The notes beneath the pieces are model-generated. The model was not told the origin of the DNA, searched no databases, and was given only the letters and a program-made list of their open reading frames with translations. From positions 64,001 through 128,000 of IMG/VR virus record IMGVR_UViG_3300033068_001957: DNA of 64,000 bases. One strand, given 5' to 3'. A program made the translations under genes and the position numbers. Every line of letters starts with the position of its first letter. Position 1 is the stretch's first letter. Shown here in pieces: positions 1 to 9,968 of the stretch. The stretch comes from a virus. Lineage: Duplodnaviria; Caudoviricetes.

Positions 1-34
1 GCGCTTCAAAATACACATAGCTGGAAAAATTCTC

Positions 35-63
35 TTGACCATATCTTGTCTCAAGTGTATAAT
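35..63 (+). promoter_or_regulatory. sigma70 promoter of hsp20 (leaderless)
   Basis: TTGACC-N17-TATAAT, ATG 7 nt after the -10. Confidence 0.8.
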
Positions 64-70
64 TAAAAAC

Positions 71-637
71 ATGAACTCTTTTGATAACCTATATGTCCCC
101 GATCCTTATTCTGGATCAATTTTGAAGCCGCAAGCGATTTGGATGGTTGACCCTTATACTTGGCCGAATAAACGATTCATTGGAGGCGCTTGGATTGATG
201 ATAAGTGGCCGTTTGATGCTACGCCAACTACAGCGCCGAATATTCCAAAAGTTCCATGGTCAGACGAAGAGCGTCGGCGAAAATCCCAATACGACAAAGA
301 CTATTATGATCTTTTTGAACAAATTAAAAACGCCCAGAAGTCCCGCTTTGGCTTTGAAGCTCCAAAAAGTCCATGGACAAATACTTTAGACGGCGATGTT
401 AAGTTTACTCTCGAATTAGCTGGTTGGTCGAAAGAAAATATTTTTGTTGAAATCAAAGATGATAAACAACTTCTTGTCATTCAAAAAAGTGGCAAAAAGC
501 TTACGCAAACGTTTGATATCCCCAATCCAGAACGGCTAAATCTCGAATCCGCCCAATTAACAATGGAGCACGGTCTATTAGCAATCATCTTTCCGCCAAA
601 AAAGGTAGAGGAGAAAAAGACAATTAAATTGTTATGA
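71..637 (+). CDS. small heat-shock protein (Hsp20/alpha-crystallin)
   Basis: C-terminal FTLELAGWSKENIFVEI...AQLTMEHGLLAIIFP...KTIKL; start moved to ATG 71 behind the promoter. Confidence 0.8.
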   Translation: MNSFDNLYVPDPYSGSILKPQAIWMVDPYTWPNKRFIGGAWIDDKWPFDATPTTAPNIPKVPWSDEERRRKSQYDKDYYDLFEQIKNAQKSRFGFEAPKSPWTNTLDGDVKFTLELAGWSKENIFVEIKDDKQLLVIQKSGKKLTQTFDIPNPERLNLESAQLTMEHGLLAIIFPPKKVEEKKTIKLL

Positions 638-819
638 CCATCGAAGAGTTAATCACAGCTCTGGAAGAAAATCCAGACTCCAATATCTTTCAAATTAGCA
701 AGGGTGCAATTTCTGGCAATGGAGATTTGGCCGAAATGGTCGTTGGACAACCTCAAGAAGTTAAAGACAGACTAAGAAAAGCCTTAAATAAGGGAAACTC
801 TTCAATAGTTAAAGAATAA
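634..819 (+). CDS. hypothetical protein
   Basis: ATGA overlap with hsp20. Confidence 0.6.
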   Translation: MTIEELITALEENPDSNIFQISKGAISGNGDLAEMVVGQPQEVKDRLRKALNKGNSSIVKE

Positions 820-823
820 TAAT

Positions 824-1063
824 ATGAATCAAAAATTCCAAAAACTCTACGAAAAACTCGCCCCCAAAAAGCAAGAAATGATGATTGAAATGTTTGATCT
901 TGTCTTTGAATATGCCGCCAAATTTGGTTACGAAGGAGATGATGAAGAGGGTCCATCGCTATTAACCAGCGAGTCTCTTTTTCAAAGAGATGATCCGCAA
1001 ATAGAAGGTCTAGAATTGGCGGGCAAACTGGTTGATATTTTGAATGGAGAAAATAATCTATAA
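824..1063 (+). CDS. hypothetical acidic protein
   Basis: tightly packed ORF. Confidence 0.65.
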   Translation: MNQKFQKLYEKLAPKKQEMMIEMFDLVFEYAAKFGYEGDDEEGPSLLTSESLFQRDDPQIEGLELAGKLVDILNGENNL

Positions 1064-1136
1064 CACCCGAAAATATTGATAACCTAATCAACGTTTTAGG
1101 ATTTTGTTTTATTATGTGGATTATTTGGAGAGATTA

Positions 1137-1319
1137 ATGTCCACCGTCGAAATCACTAAAGAACAGGCTGACGCTTTCCTAAAAGAGCGCTACGGCTTTT
1201 TCGGCGATAAAAACTTCAAAGGCTCCTACAATGGCGGCAAATACGTAGCAAACAAGAAAAACAAATACTATGAATGCTCAAAATTATCGGAGGCGGCGAA
1301 AGCTTTAGGGTTAATATAG
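1137..1319 (+). CDS. hypothetical protein
   Basis: ATG 1137 preceded by GGAG. Confidence 0.55.
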   Translation: MSTVEITKEQADAFLKERYGFFGDKNFKGSYNGGKYVANKKNKYYECSKLSEAAKALGLI

Positions 1320-1322
1320 GTC

Positions 1323-1712
1323 ATGCCCCTTTTCGATTTCCAACATTCTGAAACGCTAGAAGTTCATGAAGTATTCTTCCATATGAACGACAACAAAGTT
1401 TATAAAGGAAAAAATGGCGATGAAGAGGGTAAATGGGTGCGTTTATATCATGTTCCATTAGCTAGTATAGACACTAAACTAGACCCTCACGACAAAAAGC
1501 AGTTTATTCGCCGCGCCGAAAAATATACTACTATTGGTGATCTTGTCGATAAGTCAAAAGAATTATCTATTAAAAGAGAAGGCCAATCTGGTAACGACGA
1601 AATTAAACGCAAATTCTTCGATGAGTACAAAAATGCCCGTGGAGGAAAGAAACACGTCCAAGACCGTCCTAGTGTTATCGAAAACGCCCGAGTTAAAATT
1701 GAGCTAGACTAA
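1323..1712 (+). CDS. FmdB-like small phage protein (Zn-ribbon cysteines absent)
   Basis: N-terminus MPLFDFQH..T.EVHEVF resembles the FmdB MPxYxYxC start. Confidence 0.45.
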   Translation: MPLFDFQHSETLEVHEVFFHMNDNKVYKGKNGDEEGKWVRLYHVPLASIDTKLDPHDKKQFIRRAEKYTTIGDLVDKSKELSIKREGQSGNDEIKRKFFDEYKNARGGKKHVQDRPSVIENARVKIELD

Positions 1713-1713
1713 C

Positions 1714-2115
1714 TCACTCTTGAATTAGTCCAAATCGTTCAAGCACTCCCAACACATCGGCGGACACTGGATTCTTATCGTCGATAAGCTCTAAAAGCGG
1801 AATCTTCAAAAACGAGCATTCTTCTTGGGTTTCTGATGATAGCTTGTTTGCCTGATTGACGAATTCAATATAAGAATCATCGTCTTGTTTTGTGTGAGGC
1901 TTGATGGAAAATTGTTCTTTTAGACCTTCCAGAACTTTTGGCCAAGGTTTTACTGCGTCTTCACAGATTCTTATGTTTTTGCTGATGTTCCAGCGAGTTT
2001 TGCCCGTAAAGTTAAAAGGAGTAACTACGGTTTGGTCTTTTACTACCTGTTGGTAGTTGGTTAGACGATTGAGGGCCGCTTGAATGCCGAAGATTTCAGA
2101 CAGAGTATATTTCAT
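1714..2115 (-). CDS. hypothetical protein (virion/tail-fibre associated)
   Basis: last gene of minus-strand structural mini-operon. Confidence 0.6.
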   Translation of the reverse strand: MKYTLSEIFGIQAALNRLTNYQQVVKDQTVVTPFNFTGKTRWNISKNIRICEDAVKPWPKVLEGLKEQFSIKPHTKQDDDSYIEFVNQANKLSSETQEECSFLKIPLLELIDDKNPVSADVLGVLERFGLIQE

Positions 2116-2138
2116 TCAATATACTAACGAGCGTTTCT

Positions 2139-2420
2139 CTATTTCGAAAGAATATTTTGAACGGCTTTTTCAATTTCGTCCAGTTTGTCGGGGCGAGCTT
2201 GAACAGCAATACCTAATGCCATTAATCTCTCATTTTCGGCCATAGCGGTTTTTTGCGCTGAGTCATAGTCCTTTATGTATTTTGCCGTCTCTTCTTCGCG
2301 GAATATCTGCGCAAACTGCTCAATAGTGACAGTAGGCTCGCCGCTACCCACGTTGAACTTGTCAACGACGGCTTGCCACGCTGGGATTGAGTCGTCGGGG
2401 ATGATGGTGGTGATGTTCAT
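2139..2420 (-). CDS. hypothetical protein (possible fibre chaperone)
   Basis: 3 nt downstream of the fibre-like gene. Confidence 0.55.
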   Translation of the reverse strand: MNITTIIPDDSIPAWQAVVDKFNVGSGEPTVTIEQFAQIFREEETAKYIKDYDSAQKTAMAENERLMALGIAVQARPDKLDEIEKAVQNILSK

Positions 2421-2423
2421 GGG

Positions 2424-3278
2424 TTACGGCTCGATTGCAATCTGTTGAGCGGCTCCGCTTGAAAACAGAGCCATGAGTTGAGTTTTCCCTGCGCCGTTGT
2501 CCACGGCATAAATTCGGACCTGATTGGCGGCTGGCGCGGCAGGCGCGGTCTGTTCTGCCATCTGAAACGCGGCTCCAGCAGAGCCATCAGCAGAAAGGAA
2601 CAACACTCCCGCAGAGGCCCGCGTTAGAAAAATGTCAGGCGTCCCAGCGGTGCCGTCATTTGTCCAGCGGACTGCTGAGTTTTTACCAAGGCTGACACCT
2701 GGAAGATATGCCTCCCCGCCGATGGCCGTGCCTGACTGGCCACCAAATCCGTTAATGTCCAAGAAACCTATATCGGCTCGGAAGGCCAGTGTGTTCCCAA
2801 CTGAGGTGCCGTTAATTCTCACCGCGCCAGAGGATGAAACTGAGAATTTGCTCGCACCATTGAGTTGCAGGTCAGCCAGTATCCCAACGAACCCACTCGG
2901 TGCATTCACCCCAAGCATCGTTCCGCCCGTATCCCAACCCGTGCTGGCGGTCCCCGCAGGCTCAATCAAGAGCAGCGGCTTTGTCGTTGTCGCGCTTCCG
3001 CCTGTGAACGGAGTTCCCGTGATCGACATTGCAGGCGTGGATGCAGCACCGTTGACCGTGAACACATTCGCCACTCCCAACAACGCCGCCGTTCCCGTAG
3101 CCCCCACAGTTAGAGTAAACCCACCTAATGAGATGGTTCCCCCTCCAGTTATAGAAGTATCACCAATAGTTGTCGTAAACGATCCGCCCAAAGTAATATT
3201 TAGAGCAGCAAGCATTGCCGTTTGACTGGCGGCTTGCATAAATGTGTCAACTGCGGATGATACTGTAAGGTCTGGCAT
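2424..3278 (-). CDS. tail-fibre-like virion protein
   Basis: Gly/Thr/Ala-rich, beta-type composition; GC-rich 3' part. Confidence 0.6.
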   Translation of the reverse strand: MPDLTVSSAVDTFMQAASQTAMLAALNITLGGSFTTTIGDTSITGGGTISLGGFTLTVGATGTAALLGVANVFTVNGAASTPAMSITGTPFTGGSATTTKPLLLIEPAGTASTGWDTGGTMLGVNAPSGFVGILADLQLNGASKFSVSSSGAVRINGTSVGNTLAFRADIGFLDINGFGGQSGTAIGGEAYLPGVSLGKNSAVRWTNDGTAGTPDIFLTRASAGVLFLSADGSAGAAFQMAEQTAPAAPAANQVRIYAVDNGAGKTQLMALFSSGAAQQIAIEP

Positions 3279-3283
3279 ATTAT

Positions 3284-3427
3284 TTAAGGGCGAATATAGT
3301 TACTTATGCCATCTGGGCGCTTATAGGTAGAAATGCCGTCTGGGCGGAAGTAATTATTGATTAAATTTAAAGGATTCCCTACTGCTAGGAAAAATCGTTT
3401 TCCAAGTCTAAGTCCGAATCCAAGCAT
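3284..3427 (-). CDS. 47-aa protein with YxRPDGxS repeats
   Basis: MLGFGLRLG...YFRPDGISTYKRPDGISNYIRP fills the gap between neighbours; below ORF-track cutoff. Confidence 0.65.
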   Translation of the reverse strand: MLGFGLRLGKRFFLAVGNPLNLINNYFRPDGISTYKRPDGISNYIRP

Positions 3428-3428
3428 A

Positions 3429-3701
3429 TTAGTAGAAAAGTTGAATAGCTGCCGAACCAGTATTTAGAGAAATATTTGTGATTGGACCGAGGATTTCCGT
3501 AGGATTCGTTAGACTTCTACCGACAAGATAAGAAATGCCGCTCATATTTATACCAGTAATTCCTCCAAGGATAACGGTTCCGTCAATAGAGCGAAAACCT
3601 ACGAAGCCGTTTGTGTTAGTTGCTGTTTGTCCACCCGTGATGAGAAGACAACCCTTTCCACCCAAAGAAGAAATCGCCGTAGATTGAATAGAATAGTCCA
3701 T
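3429..3701 (-). CDS. small virion protein
   Basis: ATG 3701 lies 10 nt after GTGTAA motif; Gly/Thr rich. Confidence 0.6.
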   Translation of the reverse strand: MDYSIQSTAISSLGGKGCLLITGGQTATNTNGFVGFRSIDGTVILGGITGINMSGISYLVGRSLTNPTEILGPITNISLNTGSAAIQLFY

Positions 3702-3839
3702 ATAAAACAGATTACACGAAAGACCAACAATTAAACCAAAAAGTCCACCCACCCTTTAATTAGGGCATAATCTACTTCTGGCATCTTGACCTTTTGGGCG
3801 CAACCGCTTAAAAACAGAATGGCGGTGAAAATAATCACC

Positions 3840-4265
3840 CTAAATGCGTACCCGATTGATTGAATTTTGTTCATTTTTTGAGAGTTTTAGGGGTTTTCCT
3901 GATTGTGGTTCGATATATATTACGCCGACATTGGTAAATGCTACGTTAATTGAATGATATTCGCCACTGTCTTTGGTGTAGTCAATGGCTCCAACGGCTA
4001 ATCCATCCTGTGTCCCGCGACTATTAAAGTGGCAAACTTGAGAAAGAATCTTATACATGGCCGAAAAGTCTTCACAGTCGAATTTCTTGGACCAATCAAT
4101 GATTCCAAGACGCTCTAGTTCGCTGCAAAAATAAGGGTAAAACTTATTTATTAGCCAATCCTCGGTTGGACAATTGTATGAATCGTCTCCAAATGTTGTG
4201 CCCGATGGGTAGATTTTCGCCACAAAGGGAAATTGCAAAAACCACGCGACGGGGACACTTTTCAT
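3840..4265 (-). CDS. papain/transglutaminase-like cysteine peptidase domain protein
   Basis: FDCEDF...YHSIN...IEPQ pattern. Confidence 0.6.
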   Translation of the reverse strand: MKSVPVAWFLQFPFVAKIYPSGTTFGDDSYNCPTEDWLINKFYPYFCSELERLGIIDWSKKFDCEDFSAMYKILSQVCHFNSRGTQDGLAVGAIDYTKDSGEYHSINVAFTNVGVIYIEPQSGKPLKLSKNEQNSINRVRI

Positions 4266-4330
4266 GTATTAAATTACACTTATTTGTTTGAGGGGCGTTA
4301 GTATAATGTGTAAAAAAAATACATATATCT

Positions 4331-4846
4331 ATGACTCTATCCTTCTGGAAACCTTCCCCCTTCGAAAAAGATGGCCAATATACTGGCGCAGCATTTTCAT
4401 TTAAACTAATGAAAACTCCAGACGGCCCAAAATTCATAATGTCAGGGGTCAAGCAAAAATCTTACGACCCAGTAAAGAAGCTTGGTTCTTTTTACAACAA
4501 CAAAGATCATCTAGAGCATAGCGTTTCTGTCAAATTTAATGAAATCGAACTTGGCAACCTAATCCATTCGATCAAAAATTACAAAGACTTTTCTGCCTTT
4601 CATAGTTTTAAGGACGATAAAACTACGATTACCTTCAAACCCTATACCAAAAAGCCGAAACAGGGGGAAGTTGAGGGCGTAAAGGCTTTTTCTCTTACCG
4701 TTAAGAAGAATGGAAGTTTACAGATTGGTCTTGGCATCGAACTTGGAGAAGCAGAAGCATTATTAGTTTTTGTCCAAACGGCGCTTATCGAGATGTTTTA
4801 TGCTAGTGGGCAACAGCCACAGAAAGAAGAACGTTCGGGAGAATAA
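4331..4846 (+). CDS. putative ssDNA-binding protein (Whirly/PC4-like)
   Basis: duplicated beta-strands+helix pattern (VKFNEIELGNL / IELGEAEALL). Confidence 0.4.
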   Translation: MTLSFWKPSPFEKDGQYTGAAFSFKLMKTPDGPKFIMSGVKQKSYDPVKKLGSFYNNKDHLEHSVSVKFNEIELGNLIHSIKNYKDFSAFHSFKDDKTTITFKPYTKKPKQGEVEGVKAFSLTVKKNGSLQIGLGIELGEAEALLVFVQTALIEMFYASGQQPQKEERSGE

Positions 4847-4847
4847 T

Positions 4848-5579
4848 ATGCTCGTCTGCTATTTCGGGAAAAATAGTTTAAATAATTCTGGAATCTATAA
4901 AATATCTAATTCTATAGATGATAGAATATATATTGGATCGTCCAAAAGTTTTCGCGCCCGTTTTAAAAAGCATGAATTTGATTTGGCGGAAGGAAGGCAT
5001 CACTCTATCCATATGGAAAGGTTTTGCTCTAAATATTTCGAAGATGTCATTTTTTATTTTGAGATTTTAGAGATTACAGAAAAAGACCAACTCATAAATC
5101 GAGAACAATATTATTTAGATACCTTGCTACCATTTGGCGAAAAGGGCTTTAATATGAGAAAGAAGGCAATTTCTTCGGCTGGGACACAAAAGGTCAAAAG
5201 GTCATTTTATCAATACGATAAGGATGGAAATGAGATTTCTTTTTTAAATATAGAGGAAATGGCGTCTTCGACTGGACTAAATAAAAACACAATGAGAGGA
5301 GCCTTGACGGGGCAATTTAAAACGTGTGGAGGTTTCATTTTTTCCTATGATAAACTTTCAAAAGAAGAAGTAAATAATATTTTGGCAGACAAAAGAAAAA
5401 CGAGATACACTAGACCAAATCTAAATCGTAGAGTTACGGCAATTTCCCTTGAACACGGCAAACATGAGTATGAAACTGCATTGAAAGCATCCCAAGAGCT
5501 TGGCATATGTGATATTTCTATTAGAAAAGCTTGTAGGAAAGGCCATTATTATAAAGGCTATAAGTGGAGTTATTCTTAA
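4848..5579 (+). CDS. GIY-YIG homing endonuclease with NUMOD-type C-terminus
   Basis: GIYKI...IYIGSS...R...REQYYLD...FN; IRKACRKG..YKGYKWSY. Confidence 0.9.
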   Translation: MLVCYFGKNSLNNSGIYKISNSIDDRIYIGSSKSFRARFKKHEFDLAEGRHHSIHMERFCSKYFEDVIFYFEILEITEKDQLINREQYYLDTLLPFGEKGFNMRKKAISSAGTQKVKRSFYQYDKDGNEISFLNIEEMASSTGLNKNTMRGALTGQFKTCGGFIFSYDKLSKEEVNNILADKRKTRYTRPNLNRRVTAISLEHGKHEYETALKASQELGICDISIRKACRKGHYYKGYKWSYS

Positions 5580-5597
5580 TGAGTTAATATATACTCG

Positions 5598-7520
5598 ATG
5601 AACAAAAAGAAAATTCTATTCCAAGGTAATGCCTCCTTCCTAAATACTGGCTTCGGCGGAGTAAAAAAAAGAATCATGCGCTGGTTTTTTAAGCGCGGCT
5701 GGGAAGTAATTGAGTGTTTGAATGGAGTTGAATGGGATGATCCTCAGTTAAAAAGACTGCCGTGGAAGGCGTACGGCATGAATCCATCCGCCGAACAAAG
5801 AAATCAGATTCAGTCTATTCAAGACGCTGGACAAAGAGATGGCGCAATGCGTTCTGCCAGTTACGGTCTCTATCGCATTGACGAAGTAATGAGGTTGGAA
5901 AAGCCGCAAATTCAATATTTTCTAGAAGATTCGTGGGGATTTGGAGATATTTATAAAAAACCTTGGGCGCAAAAAACTAATCCATATTTTCATTGCACCA
6001 TAGATTCAAAACCGTTGCTCGATTCTCAAATAGAATTAGGATTACATGCTAAAAATCTTCTAGTATGGGCATCATTTGCAGAACAGCTTTATTATGAGAA
6101 GGGATACACTCACGTAAGAACTTTGCCAGGATGTATTGACCCCGAAGAATTTTATCCAATTCCAGAAGATTGGCGTAATGAGTTAAGAAAGAAATTTAAT
6201 TTACAAGATCAATTTGTTACATTATTTCTCGGAAGATCGCAGTTACGAAAGCAGTTCCCTAATTTATTGGATGGATTTAAGCTTTTTAAAGAAAAGAATC
6301 CTGATATTAAAGCTAAGTTGATATTTCACTGTTCATGGGTTGAGGGATGGCCGCTGCCACAGTTGATTCAAGAAAAGAGTATCGATCCTAATGATGTATT
6401 AACGACTTATTATTGTCGCGCCTGTCGTGGATATGAGATTCGCCCGTTTACTGGTCAACCTCTAGACTGTCCTCTTTGTGGCGCGAAACAGAGTTTTAAT
6501 ACTACTGACATTATGCATGGAGTAGGTGAATCTGACCTATGTGATATCTATGGATTGTCTGATCTAGTAGTTAATCCAATTTCCAGCGGCGGTTTTGAGC
6601 TAAGTAGCTTTCAAGCTAAGATGTGCGGTAAAATATTAGCAACGACATCTTATTCTTGTGGATTGGACGCATGTTCAGAAGAAAGTGCTGGTATTCCTCT
6701 CGATTGGGAAGCATATACGGAACCAAACACGGTTTTTACGAAAAGCACAACAAGGCCATCATCAATTTGTGACGCTATGGAAAAAGTCTATTCCATGCCT
6801 AAAAATGAAAAACTAGCGATGGAAAAGAAGACTAGAGATTTCGCCGTGAACTATTGTTCTACAGATGCAGTTTGCGAAAGGCTAGAAAAAATGTTTCTAG
6901 AACATCCAGACGTAGAACTTTTAGACAGTGATTTCGACCCCCAACCCAAAAACCCCCATTATATCCCGCCAAATGGGTTAAGCCCAGAATCCTTCGCCAT
7001 CGACATCCTTACCAATATGATGCTCGAAAAAGTGGACGCTAACACTTCTCATGTGAAAAATTGGGCCGCGCATCTTCGCAAGTCCAACGATTATCAGGGC
7101 GTTTACAATCATTTCCAAAAGCTGGCGCTGCAATTCAACGCCAATCTTGATAACAAACCAATAGATTTAGGCGACCTACTAGACAAAGATGACGCGCACA
7201 AACGGCTGGCAATCGTAATCCCTGAGAGCGCGGGCGACATCATCATTATTAATTCTTTGCTGAAAAAGTTTAAGGCGCTCTACCCAGAGCAAAACCTTTA
7301 CTTCTTCACGCGGCCCGAATTTTTCCCTCTCCTCGAAGGACATCCCTCTATCTATAAACTTATGGAGTATTCTCCAATTTTAGAAAACATGTTTTTTATG
7401 ACGGGCAATAATGGACATTCTGGTTACTTCACCCATGTCTTCTATCCCCATGCTCTTACTCAAAAAACAATGAGCTATCAAAATGGAAATACCGAAGCGC
7501 GTGCGGAATGGTTAAGTTAA
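5598..7520 (+). CDS. glycosyltransferase (GT-B/GT4-like) with Zn-finger insert and C-terminal GT9-like domain
   Basis: TGFG N-motif, GRSQLRK, GGFELS..AKMCG, CRAC..CPLC, SAGDII..NSLL. Confidence 0.8.
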   Translation: MNKKKILFQGNASFLNTGFGGVKKRIMRWFFKRGWEVIECLNGVEWDDPQLKRLPWKAYGMNPSAEQRNQIQSIQDAGQRDGAMRSASYGLYRIDEVMRLEKPQIQYFLEDSWGFGDIYKKPWAQKTNPYFHCTIDSKPLLDSQIELGLHAKNLLVWASFAEQLYYEKGYTHVRTLPGCIDPEEFYPIPEDWRNELRKKFNLQDQFVTLFLGRSQLRKQFPNLLDGFKLFKEKNPDIKAKLIFHCSWVEGWPLPQLIQEKSIDPNDVLTTYYCRACRGYEIRPFTGQPLDCPLCGAKQSFNTTDIMHGVGESDLCDIYGLSDLVVNPISSGGFELSSFQAKMCGKILATTSYSCGLDACSEESAGIPLDWEAYTEPNTVFTKSTTRPSSICDAMEKVYSMPKNEKLAMEKKTRDFAVNYCSTDAVCERLEKMFLEHPDVELLDSDFDPQPKNPHYIPPNGLSPESFAIDILTNMMLEKVDANTSHVKNWAAHLRKSNDYQGVYNHFQKLALQFNANLDNKPIDLGDLLDKDDAHKRLAIVIPESAGDIIIINSLLKKFKALYPEQNLYFFTRPEFFPLLEGHPSIYKLMEYSPILENMFFMTGNNGHSGYFTHVFYPHALTQKTMSYQNGNTEARAEWLS

Positions 7521-7528
7521 TATAATGC

Positions 7529-8683
7529 ATGAATTTAGCCCATGCTTATAGCAACTACCTCGGAGTCGTACCGACTGAACGGCCAATATTAAACGAACAA
7601 TTTTTTCCCCTCAAAGACGAAAAGTTCATTACGATTCACAATGATAGGAAATTAGAATCAAAATTCTTCGAGTATTTTCCAGAAGTTATTTCGCTACTAA
7701 AACCCATTCTTTCTCAACTTGGATATAAGATTTATCAAATCGGCGGGCCAAATGATCCAATTTTAGATGGGACGGATTCTCAGTTTTTGGGTCTATCATG
7801 GCCACAAAGCGTTTATATCCTTAAGCGCAGCAGTCTTCACATAGGTATTGATAGTGCTCCTGTACACATTTCGAGCGCATATGATGTGCCAACGATTATT
7901 TTATATAGTCACATATATAGCCAACAAGCTCGCCCGATTTGGGCCGACCCGAAAAAGACAATCATTCTAGAACCAGACTGGGGCGATAAAAAACCCTCCT
8001 ATTCCCCCGTCGAAAACCCAAAAATGATTCGCACAATCAAAGTCGAATCAATCGTCCAATCGGCATTCAAGCTTCTCGATATTGATGTAAAGCTGGACAT
8101 GAAAACCCTCCGTGTCGGTAATGATTACCACGAAGCGGTTATGGAAATTATACCAGACTTTTTCGCCGAAAATCCCGCGTTAAAGAATGGGCTTTTACAT
8201 TTTAGAATGGATTTAACCCACAATGAGCCATGTCTCTTTCATTGGTTGAAAAGCGGTTATCGGGCGAATATTATTACCAGCAAACCAATTGATGTTGCCG
8301 CGCTAAAACAATTCAAGTCGCAAATTCATCGCATTACTTTAATCGCCGAAAATACAGACTCTTACACGCTCGATTACGTAAAAAACGTAAAAAGTCTTGG
8401 CCTAGATGTTTTGATGATGGGGCCGAATAAAGAAACCCTTCCTTGGGTGCGCGAGAAGTTTTTCGATTATTCTGTTGAAAGTTTGGACTATCCAGAACGT
8501 TCTCTTGTTGACAAGATTCCGCCGTATGCTAAATTCTTCTCCAAGAAACAAGTCCATAGCAACGGCAAAATCTTTCCTAGCATCGCCCATTATAAGCAAA
8601 ATTTGTGTTTTGCAAAATCGAATAGGATTATAGATTCGCAAGAATTCTGGTTAGATATAGAATATTTTTATTTTTACCTATAA
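7529..8683 (+). CDS. glycosyltransferase family 9 (heptosyltransferase-like); last 29 codons belong to the TnpB cassette
   Basis: QIGG...HIGIDSAPVHISSAYDVPTIILY. Confidence 0.8.
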   Translation: MNLAHAYSNYLGVVPTERPILNEQFFPLKDEKFITIHNDRKLESKFFEYFPEVISLLKPILSQLGYKIYQIGGPNDPILDGTDSQFLGLSWPQSVYILKRSSLHIGIDSAPVHISSAYDVPTIILYSHIYSQQARPIWADPKKTIILEPDWGDKKPSYSPVENPKMIRTIKVESIVQSAFKLLDIDVKLDMKTLRVGNDYHEAVMEIIPDFFAENPALKNGLLHFRMDLTHNEPCLFHWLKSGYRANIITSKPIDVAALKQFKSQIHRITLIAENTDSYTLDYVKNVKSLGLDVLMMGPNKETLPWVREKFFDYSVESLDYPERSLVDKIPPYAKFFSKKQVHSNGKIFPSIAHYKQNLCFAKSNRIIDSQEFWLDIEYFYFYL

Positions 8684-9948
8684 AGGGAGAATTTTAGTAA
8701 AAATAAGTAATTTTTCTAAAATCAAGTGTAATATACTATGAGTGACACATCGCGCATATAAATTCCGAATCTATCCGACTTCAGAACAGGAAGTTCTTTT
8801 ACGAAGGACTATTGGTAGCTGCCGCTATATTTATAATTGGGCGCTGAATATGAAAAGGGAGGAATGGGTTCAAAATAAAAAAAATCTATCTTATGCTAAA
8901 GTATGCAAATCCTTGACGGAAACGAAAAAGGTGCTGGATTATAATTGGCTTAATAATGTATCAAGTGTTTGCTTGCAGCAGTCATTGAGAAACTTAGATG
9001 TTGCATTTGTTAATTTCTTTAAAAAACGCGCTTCTTATCCAAGTTTTAAATGTCGTAAAAATGGCGGTTCTGCGCGCTTCCTTCAAAATGCATTTCGGAT
9101 TAATGGAGATAATTTATTTCTTGCAAAGATTGAATCTCCGATTAAAGTCTCTTGGACGCGAAAGTTAAATGGGAAATCTAACCAATGTGTTGTCTCTCAA
9201 AACGCTGCTGGCCAATGGTTCGCCTCATTTCTTTATGAAGAAGAGATTGAAAAATTAGCGCCGCTAGATAAAGATGTCGGTATTGACTTGGGGATCGAAA
9301 CGTTCGCGTCAACCTCAGACGGGCAAAAGTATGGACAGCCTAAGCGCATTCGTCGATTGAGAAAGAAGTTGGCGCGTTTGCAACGCCAGCATTCTCGCAA
9401 GATTAAGGGTTCAAAGAACCGTGAAAAGGCTCGCCTCAAGGTTGCCCGTTTGCACCAGCACATTTCAGATGTGCGCAAAGATTTTCTTCATAAGCTTTCC
9501 ACAAAACTCATTCGTGAAAACCAAACGATTGCGTTGGAGGATTTGGCCGTTAAAAACATGGTTAAGAATCGTAAACTTTCTCGCTGTATCAGCGAACAAG
9601 GCTGGCGAATATTCCGAAATATGTTAAAGTATAAGGCTGAGTGGTATGGGCGAGAATTGGTCATCATTGACCGATTCTACCCGAGCAGCAAGACGTGCTC
9701 TTGCTGCGGAAGAAAAACAAATCTTTCGCTTGACAAACGAAAGTGGACATGCGAATGTGGTGTTACGCATGACCGAGACATTAACGCCGCCAAGAATATT
9801 CTCGCCGCTGGACAAGCGGTGCCATTTGCCTGTGGAGCAGACACAAGACCATCGAAGAACTACGTTCTTCGGGGCAGTCCGCGACGAAGCAGGAAACCTA
9901 AAGCGTGAGCTAAAGAATCTTTGTCATTCGTGGCAAAGAGAATGTCAA
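8594..9948 (+). mobile_element. TnpB cassette: recoded GT9 tail + late promoter + tnpB + omegaRNA/right end; no left-end hairpin
   Basis: starts after TTAT (8590-8593); ends GAAT-CTTTGTCA-TTCG-TGGCAAAG-AGAATG-TCAA (IS608-type right end). Confidence 0.85.
8742..9908 (+). CDS. tnpB: RNA-guided endonuclease TnpB
   Basis: HRAYKFRIYPT; RuvC GIDLG / LEDL / DRDINAAKN intact; CSCC..CEC Zn finger. Confidence 0.95.
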   Translation: MTHRAYKFRIYPTSEQEVLLRRTIGSCRYIYNWALNMKREEWVQNKKNLSYAKVCKSLTETKKVLDYNWLNNVSSVCLQQSLRNLDVAFVNFFKKRASYPSFKCRKNGGSARFLQNAFRINGDNLFLAKIESPIKVSWTRKLNGKSNQCVVSQNAAGQWFASFLYEEEIEKLAPLDKDVGIDLGIETFASTSDGQKYGQPKRIRRLRKKLARLQRQHSRKIKGSKNREKARLKVARLHQHISDVRKDFLHKLSTKLIRENQTIALEDLAVKNMVKNRKLSRCISEQGWRIFRNMLKYKAEWYGRELVIIDRFYPSSKTCSCCGRKTNLSLDKRKWTCECGVTHDRDINAAKNILAAGQAVPFACGADTRPSKNYVLRGSPRRSRKPKA

Positions 9949-9968
9949 AAGCAAAACATTCCATTCTC
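9830..9968 (+). ncRNA. TnpB omegaRNA with predicted guide AAGCAAAACAUUCCAUUCUC
   Basis: overlaps tnpB 3' end; CGAAGAAC-TAC-GTTCTTCG hairpin shared with second element; 5' boundary approximate. Confidence 0.7.

Noticed and set aside
2632-3225. 197-aa plus-strand ORF and other antisense ORFs
   Set aside because: Shadow frames of real genes
8594-9948. IStron explanation for the TnpB cassette
   Set aside because: No group I core in the roughly 150 nt before tnpB; the element ends in TCAA, not G; rescue is by a duplicated tail
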